A stretch of 24,000 nucleotides of DNA from an uncultured Desulfobacterales bacterium (GTDB lineage Bacteria > Desulfobacterota > Desulfobacteria > Desulfobacterales > Desulfatirhabdiaceae). This document shows positions 22,844 to 24,000 of the stretch, piece after piece. Position numbers and translations under genes: made by a program. The stretch lies in NCBI GenBank assembly GCA_964614125.1, contig CAZTKB010000004.1:9378-33377 (forward strand), given 5' to 3'. Position 1 is the first letter of the stretch. Each line of letters begins with the position of its first letter. A model generated the notes under the pieces. The model saw only the letters and a list, made by a program, of their open reading frames with translations. It made no database searches and was not told where the DNA came from.

Positions 22844-24000
22844 TCATGCCTTGTTTCGCTCCTCGTCCCGCAGAACCCGCCGTAACACCTTTCCGACCGG
22901 AGAAGTAGGCAATACTTCCCGGAATTCGATGGATTTGGGCCGTTTGTACCCGGCGAGTCTCTCCTTGCAGAATTCCAGGATTTCCTCTTCCGTGGCCGTT
23001 TCACCCGGCAAAAGTTGCAGGAACGCCTTGACCGATTCGCCGCTCCGAGAATCGGGAACCCCGACGACCGCCGCATTGGCCACCTTGGGATGAGCGTACA
23101 ACACTTCCTCCACTTCCCGCGGATAGCAGTTAAACCCGCCGACCAGGATCAGATCCTTTTTCCGGTCCGTGATGACAATATACCCTTCCTCATCGATATG
23201 TCCGATATCTCCGGTCAGAAAATACCTCTTCCCGTTTATTTCCCGGAAAACCGCCTGATTTTCCTCTGGTTTATTCCAGTATCCCGCCATGACCTGGGGT
23301 CCGCAAACCGCGATCTCTCCATCTTCTCCATCCGGAAGGAAATTTAGCCCGGTTTCGGTATCCACAATTCGGATATCGGTATTCGGCATGGGAAATCCCA
23401 CGGAACCGAATTTCCGTTCGGTGGTGTTGGTCGGATTCAACGAAATGACCGGAGATGTCTCACTGAGACCATAGCCCTCGAAAATGATGCATCCGGTTTT
23501 GGCCTCGAATTTTCTGGCCACCTCGGAAGGAAGCGGGGCCCCGCCGGATCCGCAGCACAGAATCGAATCGAGCTTGTATTGATCCAGTTGAGAATGGTTC
23601 ATGAAGGCGATGAAAATGGTCGGAACGGCAATCATGAGGGTGGTACGGTATTTTTGTACCGCCTTCAACACTTCCGTGAACGGAGGATTTCCGGCCCTCG
23701 GATCTGGGACGCAGACCAGTTTGCTCCCGCTGGCGCAGGCACCCAGCAAACAAAGGGTAAGCCCGAAACTGTGATACCACGGCAATACCCCCAAGTAGCA
23801 ATGGAACCCGCCGTGCCGGAGTTTTTCCGGGGCAGCCCCTTTTTCGTGGGGGATCCGGATCCATTCGAATACGGCCTGGATATCAAAAACAAAATTGGTA
23901 TGGGTTAGAGCGGCTCCTTTTGGTACTCCGGTCGTTCCGCCGGTATAGATGATCAGCGCCAGGTCTTTGGCCGGATCAATGGATACCTTCGGTTTGTCGG
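22844..24000 (-). CDS. AMP-forming acyl-CoA synthetase (fatty-acid--CoA ligase paralogue), 3' portion; the gene continues past the right edge
   Basis: The ORF track starts at TTG 23794, but the frame stays open to base 24000. My translation upstream reads DKPKVSIDPAKDLALIIYTGGTTGVPKGAALTHTNFVF..., which is the AMP-binding P-loop. The C-terminal blocks (GYGLSETSP, GYWNKPEEN, YFLTGDIGHIDEEGYIVITDRKKDLILVGGFNCYPREVEE, PVGKVLRRVLRDE) parallel the fadD-like gene at 924-2618. Confidence 0.9.
   Translation of the reverse strand, partial: DKPKVSIDPAKDLALIIYTGGTTGVPKGAALTHTNFVFDIQAVFEWIRIPHEKGAAPEKLRHGGFHCYLGVLPWYHSFGLTLCLLGACASGSKLVCVPDPRAGNPPFTEVLKAVQKYRTTLMIAVPTIFIAFMNHSQLDQYKLDSILCCGSGGAPLPSEVARKFEAKTGCIIFEGYGLSETSPVISLNPTNTTERKFGSVGFPMPNTDIRIVDTETGLNFLPDGEDGEIAVCGPQVMAGYWNKPEENQAVFREINGKRYFLTGDIGHIDEEGYIVITDRKKDLILVGGFNCYPREVEEVLYAHPKVANAAVVGVPDSRSGESVKAFLQLLPGETATEEEILEFCKERLAGYKRPKSIEFREVLPTSPVGKVLRRVLRDEERNKA

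Noticed and set aside
1-24000. A search by eye for CRISPR repeats, tRNA/rRNA genes, IS or transposase/integrase genes, phage genes, toxin-antitoxin pairs and defence-system hallmarks.
   Set aside because: I found none. Intergenic gaps are short (mostly under 100 bp; the largest is about 350 bp at 5205-5560). No spaced direct-repeat arrays are present, and every large ORF has a housekeeping or metabolic family assignment. A computational repeat or HMM scan would be needed to exclude small elements.

Overview
This is a 24-kb chromosomal segment with moderately high GC content and about 22 tightly packed protein-coding genes. I recognised no rRNA, tRNA, CRISPR array, transposase, integrase or phage gene. 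The gene content (NrfHA, HdrD/CCG-type Fe-S modules, a membrane Fe-S oxidoreductase beside beta-oxidation genes) suggests an anaerobic, deltaproteobacterium-like host; that is inference only.

Gene order, left to right:
1. A beta-oxidation module: a partial membrane Fe-S oxidoreductase (-), a FadD-like acyl-CoA ligase (+), and a TetR/FadR-like regulator followed by a ~617-aa acyl-CoA dehydrogenase (-). Near-identical palindromic operators overlap the -10 elements of two look-alike promoters.
2. An operon of an ABM-fold protein, a Zn-ribbon NUDIX hydrolase and a transketolase-family protein (+).
3. A minus-strand operon of split pqiA, pqiB and pqiC (MCE envelope transport), followed 7 nt later by a ~945-aa FAD/Fe-S (GlcD + HdrD-like) oxidoreductase.
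4. A CBS-pair gene (+) converging on a DHH-DHHA1-CBS-CBS phosphoesterase gene and a gene for an unknown 4-TM protein (-).
5. An FMN-dependent 2-hydroxyacid oxidoreductase, a tandem-ACT protein and a UPF0210/DUF711 protein (+).
6. nrfH-nrfA (+), with nrfA broken by a 1-nt frameshift.
7. A second, partial acyl-CoA synthetase (-).

Most notable observations:
- The TetR gene has no canonical start codon ahead of its HTH. An ATC codon lies 5 nt behind a GGGGAGG Shine-Dalgarno.
- nrfA is frameshifted.
- The pqi genes are linked to an oxidoreductase gene.
- The FMN-enzyme/ACT/UPF0210 module is uncharacterised.

I see no defence-system or mobile-element signature. All functional calls rest on motif recognition by eye, not on database searches.
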